Source: Carpediemonas membranifera BICM
Lineage: Eukaryota > Protista > Fornicata
Direction: 5' to 3'
Assembly: GCA_019828565.1 (NCBI GenBank)
Contig: JAHDYR010000034.1
Location: 88,209-152,208, forward strand
Length of the DNA stretch: 64,000 nt
Made by a program: the position numbers and the translations under genes. How positions within the stretch are numbered: the first letter of the stretch is position 1; every line of letters starts with the position of its first letter. The notes beneath the pieces were generated by a model. It ran no database searches. It was not told the origin of the DNA and saw only the letters and a list, made by a program, of their open reading frames with translations. Positions 22,011 through 31,494 of this stretch are shown here, in pieces.

Positions 22011-23666
22011 TTATAGGTTGAGCTCGGCCCAGCGGGCCTTGCACTGGCTGACATAGTCACTCCAGATGCTGAGGTTGCCCTCCCAGGCCTTCAGGAAGGC
22101 CGTGTCGCGCATGGTTCCCGCCAGGTGCGGCCGTGCAATGGCGTCGCAAAACTGCACCGCCCAGTCCGCGGTCAGGCGGGACTCCGTGGCGCCGCCGACG
22201 GTGGTGGCGGCGACCAGGAAGGTGACGTCCCAGTTGGCGTACTCCCGGGTCTTCTCGGTCTCGGCGTCGCGGGGGTGAAGACCGCAGTAGAAGTCGACGT
22301 AGACGTCGTCGTGGACGACGTTTCCGACCACGTCGCGCTCGCCCCAGACCTTGAGGTCAGCCCGCTTGTGTGTGGGGGCGTCGGCGCTCGTGACGCGGAA
22401 CCTAGGGTGGGTGTCGAGCAGATCGAACTCGGGCTTGCAGTGGGGGATGGGGCGCCCGCGGAGGTCGTCCTGGGTCACGAGATCGTGCACAGCCATCTTG
22501 ATGCTGTCGTGGCGTGCGTTGGTCGCGCCATCCTTCAGGTAGGAGCAGCCGAGGGCGTGGCGCCACGTGATGTCCTGCTGGCCACAGAGGGGGCAGGTGA
22601 CCGGCATCTCGCGGAATGGGGCGATGTTGAGGTGCGCCCGGGTGACGGGGACGAACACGCTGTCGCAGGAGGTCTGCTCGAGGTCGAGGGGGCTCAGCGC
22701 GGCTTCTTTGCGGAGGAGTCTGGCGGCGGGGGCCTCGAGGGAGCTGCAGTCAGAGAGGCCCTGGGAGACCTCCTCGGGGTCTAGGCCGAAGTCGGCGGGT
22801 GTCTTGGGGCGGTACTTGGCCGTCCAGGCTTTTGCAAGCATCGTAGTGAGTGTCTTCTGCGGCTTTTCAGCCTCGATGCTAAACAGTTCCTGGATGGTTT
22901 TGGGCCACTCCTGGCACTCTTCTGGAGAGAACAGCGCCGCCTCCATGTCCCGGGTGATGCCTAGGGCGTGCAGCTGGTGGGCTGCGCCCAAAAATGCACA
23001 CTTCCAGATGAGCGACGGAAGAGGGATACGGAGCCCGTAGTCGGCGAAATCGAGCGCTAGACGCTCTTCGGGTATCTTTGTGACGTCGGATACCTGAAGG
23101 ATGCGTGCGATGGCAGCTCTCAGCTTCCGCTCCAGGCTTTTTGTGCGGCATTCGTGGCCAATCGGGCTCACGTTGCGAAAGATTGCCGAAGGCATCGGAA
23201 GAACGCAAGACCTGATCAGATTGACCGCCACCGAGGCCGCTTTCGGCCCCACTGCCTCGGTCATCTCGGCCACCCGCACGAGCGCGTCCTCCATGCGCGA
23301 GAAGGCCGCGTCCACAGCGTTGGCAACGCCCGCGTCGTCGCCTACGGGGATACCGAGCACCCGTCCGCTTTTTTGGCCCAGTGTCCCCGTCTTCGCCAGG
23401 ACGAGGCACTTCAGTCGGTTCACCCGCATACCGACGGCTCCACACGCCGCCTCCACACGCGCGTAGAATGTATCGATCGTCCGCTGGTCTGCCTGCCGGG
23501 GCAGCAGCCCGTACACGTCGTCCTGGTAGCCGAGGATGGTCGTACTGGGAAGTTGCGACCGGAGGCTGCCGAGGAGGGGCGTCATAGCCAGCGTGAAGAG
23601 GGCTGGGGACAGGGGGTCCCCCTGGTGGATGCCCTCTCGGCTGGCTATGACGTGCCCGGTCGGGGT
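22011..23666 (-). pseudogene. 5'-truncated RLE-type non-LTR retrotransposon ORF (CRE/SLACS-like): RT C-half, CCHC, restriction-like endonuclease
   Basis: GIHQGDPLSP, YQDD, CPLC..HALGC, ARHD, RADL..VYVDF..EK. Cut exactly at the internal TIR at 23667. Confidence 0.9.
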
Positions 23667-23716
23667 CATACTGTAAGAATGGCTAGAGTCTCCCGGGAGA
23701 TACCCTGGAGATACTC
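23667..23716 (+). repeat. Internal 50-bp left TIR (probable true left end of an 11.3-kb unit, 23667-35002)
   Basis: 49/50 match to the terminal 50 bp of the right end; followed by TTTCACA subterminal repeats (23755-23790). Confidence 0.9.
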
Positions 23717-24129
23717 CAAAAAGTGCAAGAAAAAATGAGATTCACTAGAATCTGTTTCACATTTCACATATTTCACAAGAATATGTGAAATGAGAAGCAA
23801 AGCTAGTGAATGTCATTTTTACTTGTCCCTCATCGTCTGTATGGCATCTATAAACAAATCGCGTATCTCTTGCAGCAGAAACTCTGTGTCATTCACCCTT
23901 TTGTTGATTTCTTCTTCCTTTCGCAAGCCCTGAGCAGTTTTTCGGATTATTTTGTAAGAATCTTGTACTTTGGCAACTTCCACGAGCCCTGACGTTACCG
24001 TTTCTACCTTTTGGTGGCTAGTTGCTCGAATCATGATCGACAAATGTCGCAGTTTTAGGTATTGTCAATGCCAGGAGTCTACGTAAATAGACAAATGTAA
24101 CAACGTAAACAGCTTGGATAGAAATTCTC

Positions 24130-25353
24130 ATGAATTCAGAAGTGTCTGTACCAGAACCTATTGCTGCTACGCCCCCCATCAGACAGTATGGCAACAGTAA
24201 GCTCGCAAATCTCCGTCGTTCATTTGTTACAGCCGTTGTTTCTTCAGTATTTGAGGACGACGAGGCAACTGACCTCGGCTTGAGTGCACGCGACATCCAT
24301 AAGGTACTTCTGGAGGTCCAGCGCAGGGTCGCCGCCGAATGCCCTGGGTTCAAGTCAATTGAACTCCGGGAACAGGTCAGGCGGACGACTGTTGTCGGCG
24401 TTACTACGTTTATAACAGCAGTTAGACCCTCTGCGGAGTACAATGGCTCTGTCATGCAGCACATTGCTGTCCGTAGTCAGCCCTGCCATGCCGAGTTCCG
24501 CCAGATGCTCTCAGAAGTTCTCTCAGATGCTGGACTGAACGATGTTTCCGACTCAATCAGCCTTGAGAACTTGCCTGTGATCAACCGGGTGAGATATAAG
24601 CCTGTCAAGCAAAAGGCAACGGTCAAATCGACCCCGACTACGATGATCAAGGCAGAGATCCCACCGATACGGTCGACTACGCAACTGTCTTCACTTGGTG
24701 TTGGTGATGAAGCAGACACACCTCAGTCAACGACAGATCGATCGGTGCCGGTTCGGAAGAAGATCGTCTTTGACGACGAGGAAGCCAAGCGACCCAGGCT
24801 TGGTGACGACGATCTGCAGCAGGTGTCTAACAACGTGTCCGATGCTGTTGTTGACCGTATTAAGGTCCTGATCAACGACGTTGTCTCAGAGACCCGTGTG
24901 AGAGACCCGCCTACCGAACCCGAGACATGTAAGACGACTTTCCTTAGCCTTCATCAGCGCAAAATGCTATTTGGATGTCTTGTGTGTGGTACCCCCGAGT
25001 GGTTCTTCAATCCAGACGGCACTACGTTCAGGAGATGCTGTGCTTGCAAAGGTTTCCTGCACGAGCAATGTGTCAGGACGAAGGGCAAGAAGGACTACTG
25101 TCCCGCGTGCTATATTACCGGCTCTAGCAACAAGTGCCAGGCGTGCAAAAAGGGCCTAAGATCCAAGAACACGAAGAAAGCAGAAGAACAGGCTTCTACT
25201 CTTCTTTGCTGCCGAGGCTGTCACTGGTGGTACTGTGAGCATTGCTCTGAGGAAGTGCAGTACACCATTGATGGCAAGTTGTACATCGTTCCCCTCTGCA
25301 GCAAATGTAAGGTTGTCTATAAGCGAGTAGAGGGCATGAGACCGATTGTTTAG
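24130..25353 (+). CDS. Transposon cargo: protein with C-terminal tandem PHD-like zinc fingers
   Basis: CLVC..CCAC..HEQC..CPAC (C4HC3), followed by CQAC..CRGC..CEHC..CSKC. Confidence 0.75.
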   Translation: MNSEVSVPEPIAATPPIRQYGNSKLANLRRSFVTAVVSSVFEDDEATDLGLSARDIHKVLLEVQRRVAAECPGFKSIELREQVRRTTVVGVTTFITAVRPSAEYNGSVMQHIAVRSQPCHAEFRQMLSEVLSDAGLNDVSDSISLENLPVINRVRYKPVKQKATVKSTPTTMIKAEIPPIRSTTQLSSLGVGDEADTPQSTTDRSVPVRKKIVFDDEEAKRPRLGDDDLQQVSNNVSDAVVDRIKVLINDVVSETRVRDPPTEPETCKTTFLSLHQRKMLFGCLVCGTPEWFFNPDGTTFRRCCACKGFLHEQCVRTKGKKDYCPACYITGSSNKCQACKKGLRSKNTKKAEEQASTLLCCRGCHWWYCEHCSEEVQYTIDGKLYIVPLCSKCKVVYKRVEGMRPIV

Positions 25354-25396
25354 TGTTTAGTGAGAGATGATCATAAATTGTATATATATCTGTTTA

Positions 25397-26407
25397 CTAC
25401 ACGTCTCTCTCAAGCGCACGGGTCATCATGCTTATGTATCGATCATTCATAAGTCTTCTCTGGTCGGTTCTTAACGGGTCATACTCGTTGACATCAGAAA
25501 CGATGTCTTGCATTTCAGGAAGAGGAATGGGCCGGGCATAGCTAGTCTCAGACATGATGACCCTGGCCTCGTTGGGAAATGACAAGGAACCATTGGCTAT
25601 AATCCGTCTTCCTGCTGAGCCAGGCGCGAAACGATAGCCAGAGAAGTACTTCGTCAGAAAGAAAAGAGGATTGTCGAGGCATGTCACGCGGTAGAGCCAA
25701 TAGGCGTCCTGGAGAACAAGCTCATGCGCCAGAACCTTCTCAGGAGTGAGGATAATGCATGTGTTCTTGTACTTGGCTGTCGAAATAGCACTGCACAGCT
25801 GAGACTCCTCAGATCTGTCGAGTCCGGAGCAGGTGGCAAAGTAAATCAGACGCACACGCGTCGATCTCACCAAGGAAGGGCTCTCGAATGACCTGAGGAT
25901 GAGCTGGACCAGATCATGGTGATACAGAAACTCGTTCGTAGACGTATCAATGATCATACGCGACGTTTCTGTATCAGAATGACCCGATATCACCCAGTAA
26001 GTGTCGAAGTTAGAGTACTGCGACGCCAACTCCTCAAGTACCTCGGCCAGATGGGACGTAGACTTAAAGGTGCGGGCAACGGCAGTCAGCCACTCATCAT
26101 CAACGAGCTCTAGAGCCGTCTTGAGCTTGAAATGATAGCCAGATGAGTTGGCAAGACTTTCCACGCGGAAGACGGGGTAGGGCTGAGTCGGGGTCTCGAA
26201 ACCATGCAGCGGCTCGATGGTGATTAGCACCCGTCGGTTAATCAACTTCTCTGTTGTAAAAGGACACTCGTGAGAGGAAGAAGACTTGAAACCGATCCCG
26301 CGATGTCCACGCCTGAGCTGAACCTTACCACAGACACATTCAAAGACTTCTTGGTCCTTACTGATGCGTCGCGTGCCGAATTCTCCGTATTTCTCGTCCA
26401 TTTGCAA
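25397..26407 (-). CDS. Transposon cargo: putative clan-CD (CHAT/caspase-fold) cysteine peptidase
   Basis: Beta-strand plus His motif WVISGHS and beta-strand plus Cys motif LIYFATCS about 45 aa later; N-terminal CxC..H..C cluster. Confidence 0.5.
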   Translation of the reverse strand: MQMDEKYGEFGTRRISKDQEVFECVCGKVQLRRGHRGIGFKSSSSHECPFTTEKLINRRVLITIEPLHGFETPTQPYPVFRVESLANSSGYHFKLKTALELVDDEWLTAVARTFKSTSHLAEVLEELASQYSNFDTYWVISGHSDTETSRMIIDTSTNEFLYHHDLVQLILRSFESPSLVRSTRVRLIYFATCSGLDRSEESQLCSAISTAKYKNTCIILTPEKVLAHELVLQDAYWLYRVTCLDNPLFFLTKYFSGYRFAPGSAGRRIIANGSLSFPNEARVIMSETSYARPIPLPEMQDIVSDVNEYDPLRTDQRRLMNDRYISMMTRALERDV

Positions 26408-26595
26408 TGTGCCATTTTTTTTTCATGAATGGCACATTTTGATTTGAAGCAAAGGACAAGCTTTTGATCCAAGTAAAGAGGTATACCTTCATTGCTACAC
26501 TATTTATGCATGCTACTGCAGTATTGTTCGGATCTGATCAGCGATGCGCCTGTTCTTCGGATCGGGAGTTGCGAGAAAAAAAAGAGAACGAAGAT

Positions 26596-27597
26596 ATGGC
26601 GAGAAGAAAGATGCCCGCAAGGAAGCAGCAACCGGTAGGTAAGAGAAGGACTCAAAATCCACCCAACAAGACTTTTGAGTCATCTGCTTCTCCGCAGGAT
26701 CAACGTCCTGCGGAAACGACTGTAACGGCAGCATCACCTCCTCCTCCGCCTCCCGAGTCGCCCGAGGATGGTAAGGAGCAAGATTCTCCTCCTCCTCCGC
26801 CTCCCGAGTCGCCTTCCCATTCATCCAGCTCGTCTGAAGCCGAGGAGGACTCCGTCGAGGGGTCCGTCATGCACGTCCACCCTAGGTGGACGCATGTTTA
26901 CCCGGGTTCAGACCTGCAGGACGTCAAGCGGCTGATTTCGGATGAGATAAGCCTTCAGGCCATTCCTGCTCCGGCCTGGATCTCATCCGAGACCCGTTGC
27001 GACCCCCGTCTGACCCAGGAGCCCGACCATCCGGCCCTCAATCGGACGCAGAGCGTCGGCCGAGGCATGATTGCCACTGAGGATATCTCAGCTGGCACAT
27101 GTCTCGGCATATACTTCGGGAAGCTGATTCCCGATGCTGAGACGGCCAGCAACAACGGCCAGATGGTGTTTGTTTCGCATATTCCATTACCATTACACAG
27201 CATGTCATTCGCTGACAGTCAGGTCGCCGTCGATGCCATGTCGGCCGCAGCGGGTGTCCACCTGATTAACCACAGCCCTGACGATGTCAACTGTGAGTTC
27301 GTGGACGTCTTGGTGGATGGCCTGCCAGTGATATCGGTCAGGGCCACTGCCAACATCGTTCGCGGCGAGTTCTTGCGCATCGATTATGGCGAGACCTACT
27401 TTGAGGCCGATGAAGAGGAGCACCCGGTTGCTCGCTTCAAGAGTCTCGCCATAGATGACCCTCACTACCTCGCTCGAAAGGTGGAGCAGTTCAAAATACT
27501 GCAGGTCAAGCCGCAGCCCCGCAAGCGGAAGACCAAGTCCAACCCCGCCCGTAAGCGCTTCCACACTGCGCGCATGACTCAAGGCAAGAGTGAATAA
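26596..27597 (+). CDS. Transposon cargo: SET-domain lysine methyltransferase with histone-H3-like tails
   Basis: GRGMIATEDI, YFG, LINHS..NC, GEFLRIDYG..YF. Starts MARRKMPARK and ends HTARMTQGKSE. Duplicated SPPPPPPESP linker. Confidence 0.9.
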   Translation: MARRKMPARKQQPVGKRRTQNPPNKTFESSASPQDQRPAETTVTAASPPPPPPESPEDGKEQDSPPPPPPESPSHSSSSSEAEEDSVEGSVMHVHPRWTHVYPGSDLQDVKRLISDEISLQAIPAPAWISSETRCDPRLTQEPDHPALNRTQSVGRGMIATEDISAGTCLGIYFGKLIPDAETASNNGQMVFVSHIPLPLHSMSFADSQVAVDAMSAAAGVHLINHSPDDVNCEFVDVLVDGLPVISVRATANIVRGEFLRIDYGETYFEADEEEHPVARFKSLAIDDPHYLARKVEQFKILQVKPQPRKRKTKSNPARKRFHTARMTQGKSE

Positions 27598-27627
27598 ACT
27601 TGAAGAGATATCAATTCAATCAATCAT

Positions 27628-28525
27628 TTATGAGCGGGTGACATCCTCCGGACGAGTAGCACGCTTCTCGGGCTCTGCGGCAGCTGCCTTGCGCTTGCGG
27701 TCCGGAAGACTGTAGACACAGGCATGACGATTCTCGATGACGATGAACTGAGTGAGTTTCATGCTCTCACAAAGACCTAAGATCTTGTCCAGCGTCGCAT
27801 CCTGGATGGGCAAGAACTCTGAATCTTCCCAACCTTTGTGGACCCAGAGGCAGGTAAGGTCCTCGTCGATCTGGGTGATGATTACCGGAGTGTGACTCAG
27901 CTCTACACTGGCCTGGATGGCCTCATGGTCTGCCCAGGGGAAAGGGGAGCCAGGCATCTCAGAGAACGGGTCGCCCTCGAACCCCTTGCCCTCACAGAAG
28001 GATCGGATGTCCTCGTACAGCTGAAGCTTCTCACCAACAGTAGGCTGGGACCCAGTCCTGATGAGATGCATGGCGCTGAGAATGCATGAGCCATCCCCAG
28101 GCACCTCAGACCGCTTCAGAGAGCTTGTATCGTTCTTAAACTTCTTAGCGGTCTTCTCCATGATGGTCTGGACGTCATCTTTGGGGTCTGCGGCCACCAA
28201 AGCCTCCCCGATCCAGGTCTATGACCTCAGCCTCCTTCTTCAAGGGCACAAGCTTCTCCGTCTCGAGCTTTTCAATCTTGGCCCGGGCTCGCCAAAGCTC
28301 CCTCTTCAAATCACGGATCGCACCGTTGTGTTCCACGGCAAGATGGCGGCGCAGGAGGCGCGATGTGCCACTCAGGGTACTTCTGTGGACGGGAGAGTCC
28401 ATCAGAAGCGCGTCCAGGTGCCTTATCCGGTCGAACTGCACGTCGACCGGGTCCGACAGCTCAGGCTCGGCGTTGTTCTTGAACGAACGGACGACCCCCG
28501 ACCTTCCTGGCTTCACCTTGCGCAT
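27628..28525 (-). CDS. Transposon cargo: OTU-like cysteine protease (27628-28200), probably continuous with the coiled-coil ORF 28175-28525
   Basis: VPGDGSCILSA Cys box, W-ADHEAI motif and NRHA His box. The upstream ORF overlaps in another frame. Confidence 0.75.
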
Positions 28526-28566
28526 TATGCGCTCACGGAGCAGCGAAAGGACTGAATAAGCAGGAG

Positions 28567-29065
28567 TTATTTGGAGTACTTACCTCCAACGTCGTGCTCG
28601 TGATCCGAAGACACTTCTCGGCGGACCTTCTGGACAAGGCTGTCGTAGGCATGATCTCCCATGACCTTCTTCAGCTCAGCCGATGTCGTGATCAGCTCAA
28701 GCTGAGCCTCGGCAGTTTCTCTTAGGTGCAGGATAAGGTGAGGCGACCTGAAGAGCTTGCGAAGCGTTTTCCAGCCAATATCTGTGTAAAAAGGTATGGG
28801 GAAAGTACTTACGATCACGAAGAAGGGCGGTGAGGATCTTGTCATCGGGCAGAAGGAACTTACGAAGAAGTGAGCACTTGATCATCTCCTGCGCGTTTGA
28901 TGAGGCCTGACTGATCTCAGCGCTGTCATAGAAGATAAAGAACTGCTTACCAAACGTTTTCGAACGCTTCAAGAGCATGTAGAAGTCGAAAACCGATTGC
29001 ATGATTATAAGGCTCTCAGGACCTAATGAAAAATTCATAAGGCTCTGAGAGCCTAATAAACTCAT
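28567..29065 (-). CDS. Transposon cargo: hypothetical protein (two overlapping frames, possibly frameshifted)
   Basis: ORFs 28697-29065 and 28567-28845 overlap with coding-like composition; no motif recognised. Confidence 0.35.
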
Positions 29066-29174
29066 GCGGAAAAATGACCAGTATCGGTAGGCAACGGCGC
29101 GGGAGATTCATTAGGCTCTGAGAGCCTTATACACGATTTCGAATTGGTGTATAAGGCTCTGAGAGCCTTATGAA
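29007..29174. repeat. Four copies of quasi-palindrome AGGCTCT(G/C)AGAGCCT (first copy degenerate), two forming a larger inverted repeat
   Basis: Copies at ~29010, 29040, 29113 and 29154; 28-bp arms in 29107-29174 with 2 mismatches. Confidence 0.8.
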
Positions 29175-29701
29175 CTCAGAGGAGGTCCTCGGGGCACTTC
29201 GGTGCAGAATTTTGATTGGGCATCTGATTGGACCATGGGGCGGATGCTCAGAGGGATGAATGCGAGCTCAATGGAGACCATTGGACATGTCAGAGATGGC
29301 ATGTCCAGGTGAAGGTCCATCATGGAAGGAGCCATTCACGATAAGTCTTCTAAATGTTGTGTTGCGAGCGTCTGAAGGGCTTTCTCTGGATACCGACCAA
29401 GATGGAGGTCACGTGGATCAACGGACGATAATTGCGGTATTCTGGCCTTGTATGCCACTCTTAAATCCATTGTTTGATCCATTCCCGCGTTTATAGTTCA
29501 TCTCAACGCTTCCTCGACGAGTTACAATTGTTGATGTTGTTTAGGTTCTATTACAGGCCATTCGAGGCCACAGAGCTCTCATGATGTTGTTTTTAGTGAT
29601 ATACACATGCTTGCCAGCGTTTGAGGATCGATACTCTTCTCCTTTCTTCGTTTGGTTTTCTAATTTCGTTGCGAGCATAAAGTGCACCTTGAAGAAACGT
29701 T

Positions 29702-30388
29702 ATGCCTCCGAAACGGAGTAATACTGCTAAGAGCAAGGGCAGAAAGCGTCTAAACGCTGTGGAAATGATTTCTACTTACTTAGAGAAGGAGCACGCTGCT
29801 GGAAGCATCTCCGCTGCCGATGTCGCCACCGGAAACCGCATTTGCAATGAGGTGGTTGACAGACGCCCCAATGACCTCCCCACATTCGTTCCGGAGGATC
29901 TTAGGGATGAAGCGGAGTTCCGTTCTCTCGATAGCATTGAGCAGATCATGGCGCAGTACAAGGGCGAGTCTTCTGAGGCCAAGGAGAAGCGCTTCAGGGC
30001 CCTCATCAGCCTGGACGCCGAAGGAGATGAGGTCGACCATGGCAGCCCTCTCTTGGCAACTGTCCGTGAGTACCGCGAGCTGTTCCACGGCATCCCTCAG
30101 TCGGTCCGCCCCCGCGCTTACGCCTTCGTCGCCCAGAGGCTTGGTATCTCTGTCGACAAGGTCAGAGAGGTCCTTCTGGAGAGTGTGTGCCGCAAGGACT
30201 CTAAGCTCATCTTCGAGCGTCCGCAGCTTGTCCTCAAGAAGCACTCGAAGACCTTCAAGGACCTCGCCGCTGTGATTGAGAAGAGGAACGCTGCCCGTGC
30301 CGCTGCAGAGGCTCGTGATGTTCTGCGTATACCCGTTTACGCGAGCCTCCTGCTCTTCCACGCAGCTAACGTCAACTCAAATGAGTAA
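29702..30388 (+). CDS. Transposon cargo: hypothetical nuclear protein
   Basis: 228-aa ORF, NLS-like start MPPKRSNTAKSKGRKR, possible HTH-like VAQRLGISVDKVREVL, AATAAA at the stop. Confidence 0.65.
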   Translation: MPPKRSNTAKSKGRKRLNAVEMISTYLEKEHAAGSISAADVATGNRICNEVVDRRPNDLPTFVPEDLRDEAEFRSLDSIEQIMAQYKGESSEAKEKRFRALISLDAEGDEVDHGSPLLATVREYRELFHGIPQSVRPRAYAFVAQRLGISVDKVREVLLESVCRKDSKLIFERPQLVLKKHSKTFKDLAAVIEKRNAARAAAEARDVLRIPVYASLLLFHAANVNSNE

Positions 30389-30408
30389 TAAATCGACTGC
30401 TTCTTCAT

Positions 30409-31414
30409 TTAATCTTCATTCTCTTCCTCATCTTCCTTCTCAGACAGCAGATGGTACCACTCTTCCTCGAAATAGTTCTCTTTCTGGTAATCCTTACGCA
30501 TCTTTGATCTCTTATCCACGATCTTTTGGACCAAATCCCTTCGGTTGCTGTCGTAAAGGGCGATGATTATCTCACGTTGCTTCTTGCGCGTCGGGTGCGG
30601 GGTAACACTCTTCCTCAGACGCTTAATGTAGCGGTTGAGCTTGTCCGAGGGCTTGGTGGGCAGGGTGGGTTGGGTGGCTTGGGTTCTCTTTGGGGGAGGC
30701 TGGACCTGGTCCACAGAAGTGAAAGCCGTACCGTAGTCGACGGACGGGGGAGCCCTCCAGGACTTCATGGCATATCCATGGCAAGCAACGAGACTCTCAC
30801 CGAGCTTCGTCCACTTGTTCGGGCCGTATGTTGCCTCCATGGTCACCAGTTTCGCATCATCCAGGTACTCCATCGTGGACTTTTTGCTTGGAGATGGACA
30901 TCCCCATACGCTGGTAGGCTGGCACAAGAGAACTTACACACTGCAGGCGGATCCTCTGTCCGGCAGAGGCAACCGAAAGAAGAATCGTGGCGAGACCATT
31001 GCCCCTGGCATAGAATGCCGTGCGAATAACCACAACATATAAGTCCTGGCGCAGCTCGGAAGGGGTTTCATCAGTAGCTTCGGTGTTGTATGACTCCTTC
31101 GTGAGCAACAAGGCCGAAATGATGGAATCAGTCTTGCAGTCACGAATCGCAACCAATCTGGGTAAATACCTGGGCAACACTGGGTGAACAAACATGAAGA
31201 AGCGATGATCGATGTCATCAACTCCTCTCGTGGCAACGTCCTGCTTAAAAAACGTACGGACACTGGGGATGATGTCTGACTTATCAGAAAGTCTTACGTA
31301 CTGTATATAAGCCTTATGGGCTGCAAGAGTATCCTCTGTCCAAGATTCTTTCCCCGTTTGGTTCATTTTCACAAACTTTTGTGAAACCTGCGAAATGTGA
31401 AATGTGCCATTCAT
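30409..31414 (-). CDS. Transposon cargo: hypothetical protein(s) (ORFs 30857-31414 and 30409-30927)
   Basis: Two overlapping minus-strand ORFs, possibly one frameshifted gene; acidic C-terminus. Confidence 0.45.
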
Positions 31415-31494
31415 GAAAAAAAAAGTGGCACATATGAAAAATGAATGAATTTATCACGGAACCATCTTACATCACTTTATATCACGCGGATGCC

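Noticed and set aside
27172-27222. Possible 51-nt in-frame intron in the SET gene (GT..GCTGACAGTCAG)
   Set aside because: The ORF is open either way and there is no transcript evidence.
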